Shown here piece by piece: positions 12,376 through 21,995 of a DNA stretch of 64,000 bases (positions are counted from its first letter, which is position 1; each line of letters begins with the position of its first letter). Position numbers and translations under genes: made by a program. The stretch lies in the NCBI GenBank assembly GCA_014360195.1, contig JACIXY010000003.1:83692-147691 (forward strand). The letters are read 5' to 3'. Source of the stretch: Bacillota bacterium. Lineage in GTDB: Bacteria > Bacillota > SHA-98 > UBA4971. The notes under the pieces were generated by a model that was not told the DNA's origin, searched no databases, and worked only from the letters and a program-made list of their open reading frames with translations.

Positions 12376-13425
12376 TTACTTTGCGGGCATCTTGCCGGTC
12401 TGCCTCAGGTAGTCGAAGAAGGACTCCTGGTCAGCGAACACCTTTGTGCAGTGGAATTTCAGGAACGGGCTAACGCGCTCCTTGAAGATCGCGTAAACCT
12501 CCTTGTTGTTCGTAGAGCCGTAGATGATCTCACAGAGCACCCCCGGGGATGTCTTGTCCGTCGGATAGTACACGACCACCATGTCGCTCTGGTCGATCAG
12601 CATATAGTCGCGGATGACCGTCTGGTCGGCTATCTCGCCCCTATCTGACGGCGTGATGGCGAACTCCGGACCTATCTCGGAAAGGTTGTAACTCTTCGAC
12701 TCGTCCTTGCCCACGCCATACGAAAGCTCTGTGTCCTCAACAGCAAGCGGGTCGAAGACCTCAAAGTGCTCCCTCAGCCTGTCCCGAAACTCCCTCACTT
12801 CCTGCATCTTCACGGCGTCGTTGTGCATTAGAGTTATCGGGAAGCTCAAGTATATCTTGGGAACCTCAGGCCTGAACATCAGGTTGTAAACGGTGCTCGC
12901 AGGCTGACCCACCGCCACAACGTAGTGCGGCTTTCGCTGGTAGGATGCCATCATCTTCGTGACGAAGATCTCCTCGTCCCGCCAGATGAGGATGTCCTTT
13001 AGTGACAGCCGTCCCCTCCACACAGGCGATTCATCCAGCCTTTTCGATACGTTGAGGATGCTATCGATAATCGTCACGTAAAGGTCGGGCTTGAGTTCGT
13101 TCAGATAATGCACGTCAAACGCGGGCATGAGGTAATTCTTCCAGCGGAAGCAGCCGTGCGTGGAAATGATGCAGTTCTCGACTTTCTCGGCCTTCTTGAG
13201 AATCTCCTCAAATACCGCCGCCCGAAGCGACCTCAGCGTAGACGGTGAGAGATCCAGAATCTTCTCTGGACTCGTGGGGCTCTCCAACTCATCCGCTTTC
13301 TTGAACATAAGGTCGCCGACGTTGAACAGGTGGACCTTCTTGCCAAGCGCCTCTGAAGTGGCAAGCGCCCCCTTGAGGTACTCGAGCTTTCCTGAGCCGC
13401 TGGTGCCTGTGCATATGACCTTCAC
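12376..13425 (-). CDS. Archaeal-type NMP-kinase-like P-loop domain fused to a nucleoside 2-deoxyribosyltransferase-like domain
   Basis: TGTSGSGK P-loop, NVGDLM, ISTH; C-terminal KIYLSFP...RDY..IDQSD...SPGVLCE. GTG start behind AGGAGG. Confidence 0.6.
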   Translation of the reverse strand: MKVICTGTSGSGKLEYLKGALATSEALGKKVHLFNVGDLMFKKADELESPTSPEKILDLSPSTLRSLRAAVFEEILKKAEKVENCIISTHGCFRWKNYLMPAFDVHYLNELKPDLYVTIIDSILNVSKRLDESPVWRGRLSLKDILIWRDEEIFVTKMMASYQRKPHYVVAVGQPASTVYNLMFRPEVPKIYLSFPITLMHNDAVKMQEVREFRDRLREHFEVFDPLAVEDTELSYGVGKDESKSYNLSEIGPEFAITPSDRGEIADQTVIRDYMLIDQSDMVVVYYPTDKTSPGVLCEIIYGSTNNKEVYAIFKERVSPFLKFHCTKVFADQESFFDYLRQTGKMPAK

Positions 13426-13481
13426 CCGAACCCCTCCTGACAAGAACGTTCGACACCCGTTGGTAGACTCCTCCTCCACTC

Positions 13482-14828
13482 CTACCCTGCGAACCGCTCC
13501 AGCACCAAAGCCATAAACTTGATGCCTTCCAGGAAATCCGATACGTTGACGTTCTCGTCCGGACCGTGCACACGCGATTCTGGGTTACCGATACCGACGC
13601 CCACGGCGGGCGTGCCGAACTGGGCTGCAACCTGGTACATCGGGCCCGTGCCTGCGGAGGTCGGGTACACCGACGGTTCTTTCCCGAACAGTTCCGCACT
13701 TGCCTCCCTGATCACCTTCACTATCCGCGAGTTTGGGTCTGTTCTTGCAGGATGTTCCGCGCCAAGCCACGTCACGCGGAAGTCGCCGTAACCCTTCACT
13801 TTGAGATAGTCCTCGAACTTCCTCGCTATGTCGTCGGGCCGCTGATCCGGCACCAGGCGCATGTCCAGCTTGGCCATGGCCTTGCTGGGTAAAACGGTCT
13901 TCGAGCCAGGCCCCTCATACCCAGCCGAGAGGCCGCATACGTTGCACGTGGGCTCGAAGTAAAGCCGCTTTAAGACGTCCTTGCCGGCGAGGTCCAGCAC
14001 GAACCGGTCGATGCCGAATAGCTTCGCCAGGCGCTCGGGGCTTGCGGGAAGCTTCTCGATGAGCTCGACGTCCTCCGGGCCAGGCTGGCAGACGTCATCG
14101 TAGAACCCCGGGATAAGGATCTCCTCCTTCTCGTTCTTGAGAGAGTTCAGTGCCCAGAGGAGCCTCCACACGGGGCTAGGCACGACGGCGGCAAGGGAAG
14201 AATGCAGATCGTAGCTGCCTCCTTCCACCTCTATGTGGGCGTAGCAAAGCCCCTTGCAGCCCAGCGTGAGCTCGAGCCTGCCGTCCTCCTCACGACCTCC
14301 CGTCTCCCATATGCACGCGTCGGCACGGAAGGCCTCCGGGTGCTCCTTCGCGTAACGATCAAGGTTGGGACTGCCGATCTCCTCCTCGCCCTCGGCGACG
14401 AACTTCACCGTCACAGGAAGCTTTCCTCTAACCTTGAGAAGCGCCTCGGCTGCCTTCACACGCGCCATGAGATCCCCCTTGTTGTCAGCGGCGCCCCGCG
14501 CGTACAGCTTCCCACCGTCGATCTCAGCGCCAAACGGGTCGTGCCGCCACCTGTCGAGAGGCTCCGGCGGCTGGACGTCGTAATGGTTGTAGAAGAGGAC
14601 AGTCTTCTCCTGGTCGCCCGGTATCTCCGCCGTGACAAGCGGCGCGGCCCCCTCTATGCGGAAGACCTGCACTTTCGCCCCCAGGGACGAAAACATTCGC
14701 TCGACGATATTGGCGGCATCCTCCACCCCCTTGCCCTGGGCGGAGATGCTGGGCTGCCGCAAGAAGGCTTGCAGCTCCTTGACGAACCTAGGTGCGTGCC
14801 GATCCACATAATCGAAGACATCTTTCAT
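13482..14828 (-). CDS. M20/M25/M40 family metallopeptidase (ArgE/DapE-like)
   Basis: YNHYDVQP, ARGAADNKG, EGEEEIGS, HGPDE. Confidence 0.92.
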   Translation of the reverse strand: MKDVFDYVDRHAPRFVKELQAFLRQPSISAQGKGVEDAANIVERMFSSLGAKVQVFRIEGAAPLVTAEIPGDQEKTVLFYNHYDVQPPEPLDRWRHDPFGAEIDGGKLYARGAADNKGDLMARVKAAEALLKVRGKLPVTVKFVAEGEEEIGSPNLDRYAKEHPEAFRADACIWETGGREEDGRLELTLGCKGLCYAHIEVEGGSYDLHSSLAAVVPSPVWRLLWALNSLKNEKEEILIPGFYDDVCQPGPEDVELIEKLPASPERLAKLFGIDRFVLDLAGKDVLKRLYFEPTCNVCGLSAGYEGPGSKTVLPSKAMAKLDMRLVPDQRPDDIARKFEDYLKVKGYGDFRVTWLGAEHPARTDPNSRIVKVIREASAELFGKEPSVYPTSAGTGPMYQVAAQFGTPAVGVGIGNPESRVHGPDENVNVSDFLEGIKFMALVLERFAG

Positions 14829-16666
14829 CCGAACCTTGAACCCCCTGACATCGAGTGATGCCTGCGCCTCCGCACGCCCCTCGGGGAAACTTCGGCACGG
14901 CGGCGAAGCCACCACGCGCCGACCGAAAGCCCCGTGAGAACCGGCGATGACGCACCGATCACCGTCGTCTGAAGCAAGTCAACGTAATACTTGAACGCCC
15001 TGTGAAAGTCGGGCAGATGCCGGGTGAACCTTGCGCCGTCACCTGCCACAAACATGGCAACCTGGAGGACAAGGGCGAACACGATCAGGTAAACGCAGGT
15101 CAAGCCCGTAAGAAGCGCGTCAAGGGGCCGCCTGCGCGTCTCCCACGCGAGCCACCCCGAGACCGCTACGGCAAGCACCCCGCACAGGGCCGAGTCCGCC
15201 ATCCTCCAGGTGAAGAACGGCGCAACCTCGCTTTCGCTATTGAACATGCTCATGGAGAACGCGATGCCGCGCACGAGCACGAGGCCATAAAACGCGGCAA
15301 AGTAGATGGCCGCTCCAATGACAGGGATTCTCATGTTTCGAGCGCTCCAACCCGCGAGGATCGCAAGCCCCCACGCAAGCCCGCCGAGCACGACAACGGT
15401 GGCAGGTATGCTCACGAGCCTCCGCGCGCCGAGAAACCGCTGGCGCGCGCTGGATATCGCCTTCACCATCCGGCTGTCGATCTCCAGGGCAAGCTCGGTT
15501 GCCTCGGTATACTTGCCGTCATTGTGAAGGAGGGCAGCGCTGGAGACAGGCTCGACGGTCGGAAGCCTCCTTCCGAGCACGCGGAGGTACCCTTCGGCGA
15601 AAGCTCGCCTCGCCGCGGCCTGCCTTATCGCTCTCTCAGAGACCACGTGCGGGGCCGCGTCAATCCCCTCGAAGAGGACCCTGCCCTGCGAGTGCGTGGG
15701 AACAGAGGTGCCGAGGAGCGCCGCGCAGGTGGGGGCCACGTCCACATGGCGGGCGGGCATCCATGAAATCTCCGCCCCAGGGTGCTCAGGCGTGACTATC
15801 CCCGCCCCGGCCGCCACCAGCGGGACCTGGACGACATCCTCCTCCCAGCCTCCGTGCCCGCCTCGTAGCGTGTGCCCGTGATCAGATGTCACGACTATGG
15901 TGTCGCTGGTGAGATCAAGGTTAGCCAGGATCTTCCCAACCCTCGCGTCCACCTCGGCCGATGCGGTCTCATAGGCGGCGCTCGCAGCGCCCGAGGTGTG
16001 CCCGGCAGCGTCCACTGACGAGAAGTGCACAACGAGGAACCGGGCGTCGCCCCGCTCGATCTCCCCGAGAGCGGCACGAAGGACCTCATCGTCGGCCTTC
16101 TTGCTCGCAGCGACATCCTCCGCCGCAACCGCATCGACGTATGTCGCCCGCGCAACGGATGCGCCGAAAAGAACCTTCCAATCCTCGCTCGCGGCGAGGG
16201 CGGTCTTAACCCCGGCGCGTCGCGCCGCATCGAAGAGGCTGTCCACGGGGACCGTGCCCTTGTATCCATTAGTGGTCACCCCCGATATCTCCGGAGGCGC
16301 GCCGGTGAGGAGCGTGGTCCATCCGGGATAGGAGAGTGACGGCTGGTTTACTAGAAGCGAAAACGCAGCGCCACGACTTCCGATGTCTTTCAGCACGGGC
16401 ATCTCATCCACTCCGGTAAATCCGAGCCCGTCAATTATCACGAGAACCAGTCTCCGCGTGACTCGTGCCGTGGCCTCGCCAGGCTCAATCGGGAAAGAAT
16501 ATGGGCTCCGGTAGCTTACCACGTCTTCCAGCCCCGATATGGCAAGGTGCCACGAGATGGCTCCCAGGCTTATCATGACGGCGAAGGCAAGGAGAATCAC
16601 TGTTTCCCTGCTTCCAAGCCCGCGGCCTCGAAGTCGCCTCGCCGTTCTCCCAACCGCACCCGACAT
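14825..16666 (-). CDS. Alkaline-phosphatase-superfamily membrane protein
   Basis: IIDG, PSLSYP, DAAGH and SDHG metal motifs; N-terminal anchor and multiple C-terminal TM helices. Confidence 0.8.
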   Translation of the reverse strand: MSGAVGRTARRLRGRGLGSRETVILLAFAVMISLGAISWHLAISGLEDVVSYRSPYSFPIEPGEATARVTRRLVLVIIDGLGFTGVDEMPVLKDIGSRGAAFSLLVNQPSLSYPGWTTLLTGAPPEISGVTTNGYKGTVPVDSLFDAARRAGVKTALAASEDWKVLFGASVARATYVDAVAAEDVAASKKADDEVLRAALGEIERGDARFLVVHFSSVDAAGHTSGAASAAYETASAEVDARVGKILANLDLTSDTIVVTSDHGHTLRGGHGGWEEDVVQVPLVAAGAGIVTPEHPGAEISWMPARHVDVAPTCAALLGTSVPTHSQGRVLFEGIDAAPHVVSERAIRQAAARRAFAEGYLRVLGRRLPTVEPVSSAALLHNDGKYTEATELALEIDSRMVKAISSARQRFLGARRLVSIPATVVVLGGLAWGLAILAGWSARNMRIPVIGAAIYFAAFYGLVLVRGIAFSMSMFNSESEVAPFFTWRMADSALCGVLAVAVSGWLAWETRRRPLDALLTGLTCVYLIVFALVLQVAMFVAGDGARFTRHLPDFHRAFKYYVDLLQTTVIGASSPVLTGLSVGAWWLRRRAEVSPRGVRRRRHHSMSGGSRFG

Positions 16667-16708
16667 ACGATCCCTCTCCTCACAAGAGCGCCAGGCCCCA
16701 TCGTTTCT

Positions 16709-17584
16709 TTATTGGGTTTTCGACACACCTGACCTGTTCCCTCCACCCACGTCCGCGGCAAGCTCGCGCCACCTCCTGTCGAGGTCGTCCACGACGCTAT
16801 CAGGCACAGACACACCTCCAAGCACGGCAGGCTCATCGGGCGCGACGCCGTGGAAGTCACTTCCACCTGTAACGATGAGGCCGTGCCGCCTGGCGACCTC
16901 GACCCACCGCCTGGTGAGTTCAGAATCATGAGCCGGGTAGTATGCCTCGATCCCCTCAAGCCCCGCCTCGATGAGACCCTCGAGGAGAGCCTCTCCCGCC
17001 GTCCTCCCGGGGTGGGCCAGCACGGGCACACCCCTCGCCGCCCGCACCAGGCGGACAGCTTCCGTCGGGGTCAGCCCGTAATGCTCCACGTACGCGAGAC
17101 CCTCTTTCCCCAGGTATTTCTCGAAGTCGCCGTAGCGGCGCTCAGGCCTCGCATACCCCAGGTTCACCATGGCGCGAAAGATCTGGCTTCTTCCCACGAA
17201 ACCCTCCTTCCCAAGGCTTAAAACGTAAGGTAGGGAGATTTTTATTCCAAGCTTACCCAGTTTCTCCAGTATCCTCTTGGCCCTGGCGATCCTTCCCTGC
17301 CGCAGCATGTGAAGAGTCCCCAGGAACGTTGGCGACGACGTGTCAATATGGTAGCCGAGGATATGAACCTCGGCTTCCTCCACGTCGGTCGATAGTTCAA
17401 CGCCGGGTATAACGCGCACCCCCAACTTCACCCCAGCGGGCACCGCCTCCTGCACACCGTCAACGGTATCGTGATCGGTGAGCGCGATGGTCTTGACGTT
17501 CCTGTTGAATGCCAGTCGTACAAGCTCCTTTGGACAATAACGTCCGTCTGACGCCGTCGAGTGAACGTGCAGGTCAACCGCCAC
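16709..17584 (-). CDS. PHP-domain phosphoesterase (YciV/TrpH-like)
   Basis: DLHVHSTASDG, TDHD, LAHP, GGSDFHG. Confidence 0.92.
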   Translation of the reverse strand: MAVDLHVHSTASDGRYCPKELVRLAFNRNVKTIALTDHDTVDGVQEAVPAGVKLGVRVIPGVELSTDVEEAEVHILGYHIDTSSPTFLGTLHMLRQGRIARAKRILEKLGKLGIKISLPYVLSLGKEGFVGRSQIFRAMVNLGYARPERRYGDFEKYLGKEGLAYVEHYGLTPTEAVRLVRAARGVPVLAHPGRTAGEALLEGLIEAGLEGIEAYYPAHDSELTRRWVEVARRHGLIVTGGSDFHGVAPDEPAVLGGVSVPDSVVDDLDRRWRELAADVGGGNRSGVSKTQ

Positions 17585-17672
17585 CTGGAAATCCCCCTCG
17601 TATCCTCTGCAGGAACACAGGAGCCGCCCTCCTTGCGATCCCCGTACATGCAATTATTGCCCGCAAGTGTCG

Positions 17673-17701
17673 GTTTATTTCCCATGCCTGTGGACATACT
17701 A
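17673..17701 (+). promoter_or_regulatory. sigmaF/sigmaG-like promoter upstream of the candidate ncRNA
   Basis: GTTTA-N14-GGACATACTA (equivalently GTTTA-N17-CATACTA). The expected +1 falls at about 17707, the first base of the RNA closing stem. Confidence 0.55.
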
Positions 17702-17706
17702 GTAGT

Positions 17707-18121
17707 GCAAAGGTCCTCGTCGGGCCGAGCTAAGACCGCCGTGCGCCTTTTCCTGGGCGCTGCAGGCCCGGAAAGCCTCACGGCGATCGAGCGAAAGGTG
17801 GCACTTTGCCTTGCATCTGCAACGCTTGTGCCGCCCGAGCGAAGGTCAGCGTGCGGCCTCCCAAGGATCCGTCCGGGCCGGAAGGCCTTGCCGGGTTCGA
17901 AAGAAGTCGCCCCTGGCCGAGCCAAGACTCGCACTGGTCCGAAGGTAGTCTGTGTACGGTTGAAAGATCGTGTATGGTCTGCCCAGGATCTCTGCCGGTC
18001 GGTCAAAGGTTGCCTCCGGTTCTGTAATGTACTGCAGCTAGAGGTTGCCCCGGCCGGAAGGTCGTTGCAGCCTCGTTAGGGACTGGACGCAGCCGGCGAG
18101 AAGGTCCGTGAGGACCTTTGC
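17707..18121 (+). ncRNA. Candidate large structured ncRNA (closing stem plus five arms around one junction)
   Basis: GCAAAGGTCCTCG (17707-17719) pairs with TGAGGACCTTTGC (18109-18121). Five G-U-rich arms with GGAA/GAAA loops, four GAGCNAA linkers, a T-rich tail, and no credible ORF. Confidence 0.72.
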
Positions 18122-18179
18122 CTTTCTCTTGTCCCTTGTGACTTTGAGATGTGCCGCCCCCAGCCCCTGAGAAGGAAAT

Positions 18180-18199
18180 GGGTTGCCGGAAGGCAACCC
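18180..18199. terminator. Hairpin GGGTTGCC-GGAA-GGCAACCC (minimal MITE core) between converging hup and candidate ncRNA
   Basis: Perfect 8-bp stem matching the ends of the MITE core. Confidence 0.45.
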
Positions 18200-18236
18200 G
18201 TGACTCGTCTTGAAAACCCCGATTCTATGATATGGA

Positions 18237-18515
18237 CTATCTCGCGGCAACCTTGTCCTTGAGAGCCTTGCCGGCCCTGAACACCGGCACCCTGGATGCG
18301 GCGATCTTGATGGACGCGCCGGTCCTCGGGTTCCTCCCCGTGCGCGCAGCGCGCTCCCTTACTTCGAAAGTGCCGAATCCGACAAGCTGCACCTTGTCTC
18401 CGGAGGCAAGAGCGCTCTCCACAGCCTCGAGCGTCGCGCCGATGACCTTCTCGACATCTTTGCGCCTGGCGCCCGTCTGCTCGGCAACTTTCGCCACGAG
18501 CTCCGTCTTATTCAA
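18237..18515 (-). CDS. hup: Histone-like DNA-binding protein HU
   Basis: NKTELV...[25 protein letters not shown]; TTG start behind AAGGAGG. Confidence 0.97.
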   Translation of the reverse strand: MNKTELVAKVAEQTGARRKDVEKVIGATLEAVESALASGDKVQLVGFGTFEVRERAARTGRNPRTGASIKIAASRVPVFRAGKALKDKVAAR

Positions 18516-18582
18516 CTCCGTCCCTCCTTCCGCCCTGCGAATGCTCAGGTCATGCGGTTTTGCCTGACCTCCGCCATTTGCT

Positions 18583-18607
18583 ATTCGATTCGATTCGGCA
18601 TTCTCCT
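18583..18607 (-). promoter_or_regulatory. sigmaH-like promoter of hup
   Basis: AGGA-N17-GAAT on the minus strand; B. subtilis hbs has a sigmaH promoter. Confidence 0.5.
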
Positions 18608-18666
18608 TCTCACTGTGGCGAAAAATGTTGATATGACGCCATGTGCGTCGATGGAAAACCACGCCT

Positions 18667-19536
18667 TCAATTCTCTGGAAACGATCTTTCCACGACCTGA
18701 CCCGGCTTGCCCAGCACACCGATGTGGACCCCGTTGTAGGTCACATCTATTCCGCTGGCGTTGCCGACCTTGATCCGGATAGACTCCCTCGCTCGCCAGG
18801 TGGCTTGCTCCCCCGCGAGCATCGAGCGCTCGAAGATCACCTTCCCGTCGGCCACCACCCTCACCCAGCAGCGCTCGGTTATGGATACAGAAAGCTCGTG
18901 ACCTTCGCCGACCGGGGAACCTTCCTGCGTTGCAGGCCCCGCTGGTGATGGAGATGATGTCGTCGGCGCAGGTTGTGAAGTTGTCTTTCTTGCCGCCTGC
19001 AGGCCTGCCTCCGGCGGCACCTCTTCTGGACGCGCCTCCGGGAGGGCCTGGCCCTCCGACAAAACCAGGGCATCACCTGTCGCAACGTCCGTAGCACGTT
19101 CAACATGCTGAGCGTCCTGCGGACCGGACACCTCAGCCGGCCCTGCAGGCACGTGCCCATGGCGCCATACCGTGACGCCCACGACAACCGCCACCACAGC
19201 AACCGTTCCGAGGGCGATCAACAAGTGTCGCGGAATTCTGGCTTTTTTTGACACGTCTCGCCCTTTGTCGGGAGCTGCTTCCCGGGTCTTCTCCGCCTCG
19301 ATTCTGGCGCGCTCCGCTTTGTACCGCGCCACGACCTCATCCCCGCAAAGGCCCACCGCCTCTGCGTAGTTGCGAAGGAATCCCTTGACGTACACCTCCC
19401 CGGGGAGAGCCTCGAAGTCCCCTTGTTCTATCGCCTCCAGGTAGCGACTGCGTATCTTCGTGGCATCCTGCACGTCGGAAATGGTAAGCCCCCTGGCCTC
19501 CCGCGCTTTCCTCAGAAGCTCGCCGAGCTCTCGCAC
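18667..19536 (-). CDS. rodZ: RodZ-like HTH/DUF4115 protein
   Basis: [13 protein letters not shown]...[10 protein letters not shown]...[12 protein letters not shown] segment, C-terminal CWVRV...VGNA. Confidence 0.88.
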   Translation of the reverse strand: MRELGELLRKAREARGLTISDVQDATKIRSRYLEAIEQGDFEALPGEVYVKGFLRNYAEAVGLCGDEVVARYKAERARIEAEKTREAAPDKGRDVSKKARIPRHLLIALGTVAVVAVVVGVTVWRHGHVPAGPAEVSGPQDAQHVERATDVATGDALVLSEGQALPEARPEEVPPEAGLQAARKTTSQPAPTTSSPSPAGPATQEGSPVGEGHELSVSITERCWVRVVADGKVIFERSMLAGEQATWRARESIRIKVGNASGIDVTYNGVHIGVLGKPGQVVERSFPEN

Positions 19537-19592
19537 GACGCATCCCCCTCCCGGCACGCTCTCGAACTTCTTCAACCTGCACGGTTCCTGCT

Positions 19593-21899
19593 TTATGAGT
19601 CGCGGCATGAATCGCGGGCTTTCGCCCGGATCGCGTCCCACCTTTCAAGGGTCATGAGGACCTTTCGCGGCTTGCTGCCCTCATACGGGCCCACAAGGCC
19701 TCTTGACTCCATGGCGTCGATAAGTCTCGCCGCACGCGTGTACCCTATCCTGAACCTCCGTTGAAGCTTCGAGATGGATGCTTCCTCCGTCTCCAGTATG
19801 AGCCTGACCGCCTCGTCGAAGAGCGGGTCCTCCTCGCCAAGGCTCTCACCGTCGGTAGCTTCCCTCGTCACGCTTTCGGCGACATACGTGGGCTTCGCCT
19901 GCGCTTTCACGAAGTCCACGACCGCCTCGATCTCCGAGTCCGAGACGTACGCACCCTGCACCCTGATGGGCTTGGGCGCTCCAACCGGGAAGAACAGCAT
20001 GTCTCCCTTCCCGAGAAGCCGCTCCGCGCCGCCCGTGTCCAGGATTACCCTGGAATCCACCTGGGACGGCACGGCGAAGGCGATCCGGGACGGTATATTC
20101 ATCTTTATGATCCCCGTGACAACATCAGCCGAAGGTCTCTGGGTGGCGAGCACCAGGTGAATCCCGGCCGCCCGGGCCATGAAGGCGAGCTGCGAGACAA
20201 CATCCTCCACGTCTTTCTGGGCCACCATCATGAGGTCGCCCAGCTCGTCTATGATGACGACTATGTAGGGAAGAGGCTTAGCGTCGGGATCATGCAGCTT
20301 GCCGGCCCTGCAAAGAGCGTTGTACCTCTCTATGTTCCTCACACCGTTTGCGCCGAGCAACCTGTAACGGTTGTCCATCTCCTGGGCGACCCACCTCAGA
20401 TATCCGCCGGCTTCTCTTGTACCGGTGACCACGGGCGCCAGGAGGTGGGGTATCCCGTCGTAAGTGGTGAGCTCCACGCGCTTCGGGTCTATCATGAGGA
20501 GCTTGACTTCTTCGGGCGTGGCCTTGAAAAGGATGCTTGCGATAAGGGCGTTGAGGCACACGCTTTTGCCTGAACCGGTGGCCCCCGCAACGAGCAGGTG
20601 AAGCATGTTCTCCAGGTCGCCGACCACGGGTTTACCCGCGATGTCCTTGCCCAGGGCTATGGCGAGCTTGCTCTTGTGCCTCTGGAACTCGCTCGATTGC
20701 AGCACCTCTCTCAGGTAGACGAAGGAGATCTCCGGGTTCGGGACCTCGATCCCAATGGCGGACTTGCCCGGTATCGGTGCCTCGAGCCGGACGCCTGACG
20801 AGGCCAGCGCCAGTGCGATGTCGTCGGTGAGGCTCATGATCTTGCTCACCTTGATGCCAGGAGCGGGCGTAAGCTCGTACCTGGTTACCACCGGACCCCG
20901 ATCGACCTGCGTGACCTTGCCCTTAACGCCGAAGCTGGCGAGCGTCTCCTCGAGCAACTTCGAGTGATCCGGCGTCTCCGCTTGCTTCCACCTAGCCGGT
21001 CGCGCAGGGTACCCGAGGAGGGTTATCGGCGGTAACACGTAGCCTCCGTCGCAGGGGGGTTCTAGCTTCTTACCAGGCACCACCGCGACGCCCCCGGCGG
21101 GGCCGCAAGTAGCGGGGGCCGCCTCTTCCTTCGCGCCGGCGCGCGGCCTCTTTGGGCGGGCCGTCCTCGCCTCGCCTGGCACCAGCGCTCCCTGCGCCTC
21201 GGCTGCGGACGCAGATGGCAAGCGGCGCTCACCCTCCTCCATGCCGGGCAACTCCGGCTCCTCGAAGAGGGGCAGGAGGATCCGCCGGGCGACGAACGAG
21301 GTCGCGCGCAAGAGCACGCGCACAAGCGCTATAAGGCCTCTTGCGCCCAGCTTCGACCCGCGCACCGCGGTCCTGGCGAGACCTGCGACAAGCCTCGGCA
21401 CGGGCACGTCGGCAGCTAGGCTGACGCCGGTAAGCAGTACGACGGTGCACGATGCCACAGCACCGACCTTCCCGACGGCCCACGAAAGCCATCTCGCGGT
21501 CTGCGAGCCTACCATCCCCGCACCAGCGAGACCCAGAAGCGCGGCGGCGATGCACAAAAGCCCGCTCGCACGCGCCGCAATCGCAGCCATCTCCCGTTCG
21601 ACCGCGATGTTGACTCCGACTGCCACGAGGAGCAGCGGTATGATCGCAGCCCAGTCACCTGCGATCGCCCGCAGTGCGAACGCCACTCTCTCACCTGCAG
21701 CCCCCGCGTCGTATCGGGCGCCTGGCAGCTCAGAAAGGAGGCATACGAGGCCAAACACACCGAGACCGGCGAAGAGCGTGCCCAGCACCGCCAGGAGGTG
21801 AGCGCGATACCTCCGTGCAGGATGCTTCGAGGAGAGCCCCTTCCTGCCTCTGCTTTCTTTTACATTTTCTTTAAACAGGCGTCTGGAAACTCCAGGCAT
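19593..21899 (-). CDS. ftsK: DNA translocase FtsK/SpoIIIE
   Basis: [35 protein letters not shown], gamma domain [15 protein letters not shown]. Confidence 0.96.
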   Translation of the reverse strand: MPGVSRRLFKENVKESRGRKGLSSKHPARRYRAHLLAVLGTLFAGLGVFGLVCLLSELPGARYDAGAAGERVAFALRAIAGDWAAIIPLLLVAVGVNIAVEREMAAIAARASGLLCIAAALLGLAGAGMVGSQTARWLSWAVGKVGAVASCTVVLLTGVSLAADVPVPRLVAGLARTAVRGSKLGARGLIALVRVLLRATSFVARRILLPLFEEPELPGMEEGERRLPSASAAEAQGALVPGEARTARPKRPRAGAKEEAAPATCGPAGGVAVVPGKKLEPPCDGGYVLPPITLLGYPARPARWKQAETPDHSKLLEETLASFGVKGKVTQVDRGPVVTRYELTPAPGIKVSKIMSLTDDIALALASSGVRLEAPIPGKSAIGIEVPNPEISFVYLREVLQSSEFQRHKSKLAIALGKDIAGKPVVGDLENMLHLLVAGATGSGKSVCLNALIASILFKATPEEVKLLMIDPKRVELTTYDGIPHLLAPVVTGTREAGGYLRWVAQEMDNRYRLLGANGVRNIERYNALCRAGKLHDPDAKPLPYIVVIIDELGDLMMVAQKDVEDVVSQLAFMARAAGIHLVLATQRPSADVVTGIIKMNIPSRIAFAVPSQVDSRVILDTGGAERLLGKGDMLFFPVGAPKPIRVQGAYVSDSEIEAVVDFVKAQAKPTYVAESVTREATDGESLGEEDPLFDEAVRLILETEEASISKLQRRFRIGYTRAARLIDAMESRGLVGPYEGSKPRKVLMTLERWDAIRAKARDSCRDS

Positions 21900-21995
21900 A
21901 GCAGGACCTCCGTGCCGCCTTGGAGACTTCTACGCAGCCGCGCGAATTCCTCCACGGGGTTCGGCTGGCACGCCCGGCGCCCTGCTCCAACGATC

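Noticed and set aside
17428-18079. ORFs 17561-18079 (+) and 17428-18006 (-) across the candidate ncRNA
   Set aside because: No clear RBS or family motifs, and both overlap the PHP gene. The pairing pattern explains the sequence better.
17707-18121. Identification as RNase P RNA, tmRNA, 6S RNA or a group II intron
   Set aside because: No GAGGAAAGUCC P4 strand, no tRNA-like ends, too long and branched for 6S, and no GUGYG 5' end with domain V.
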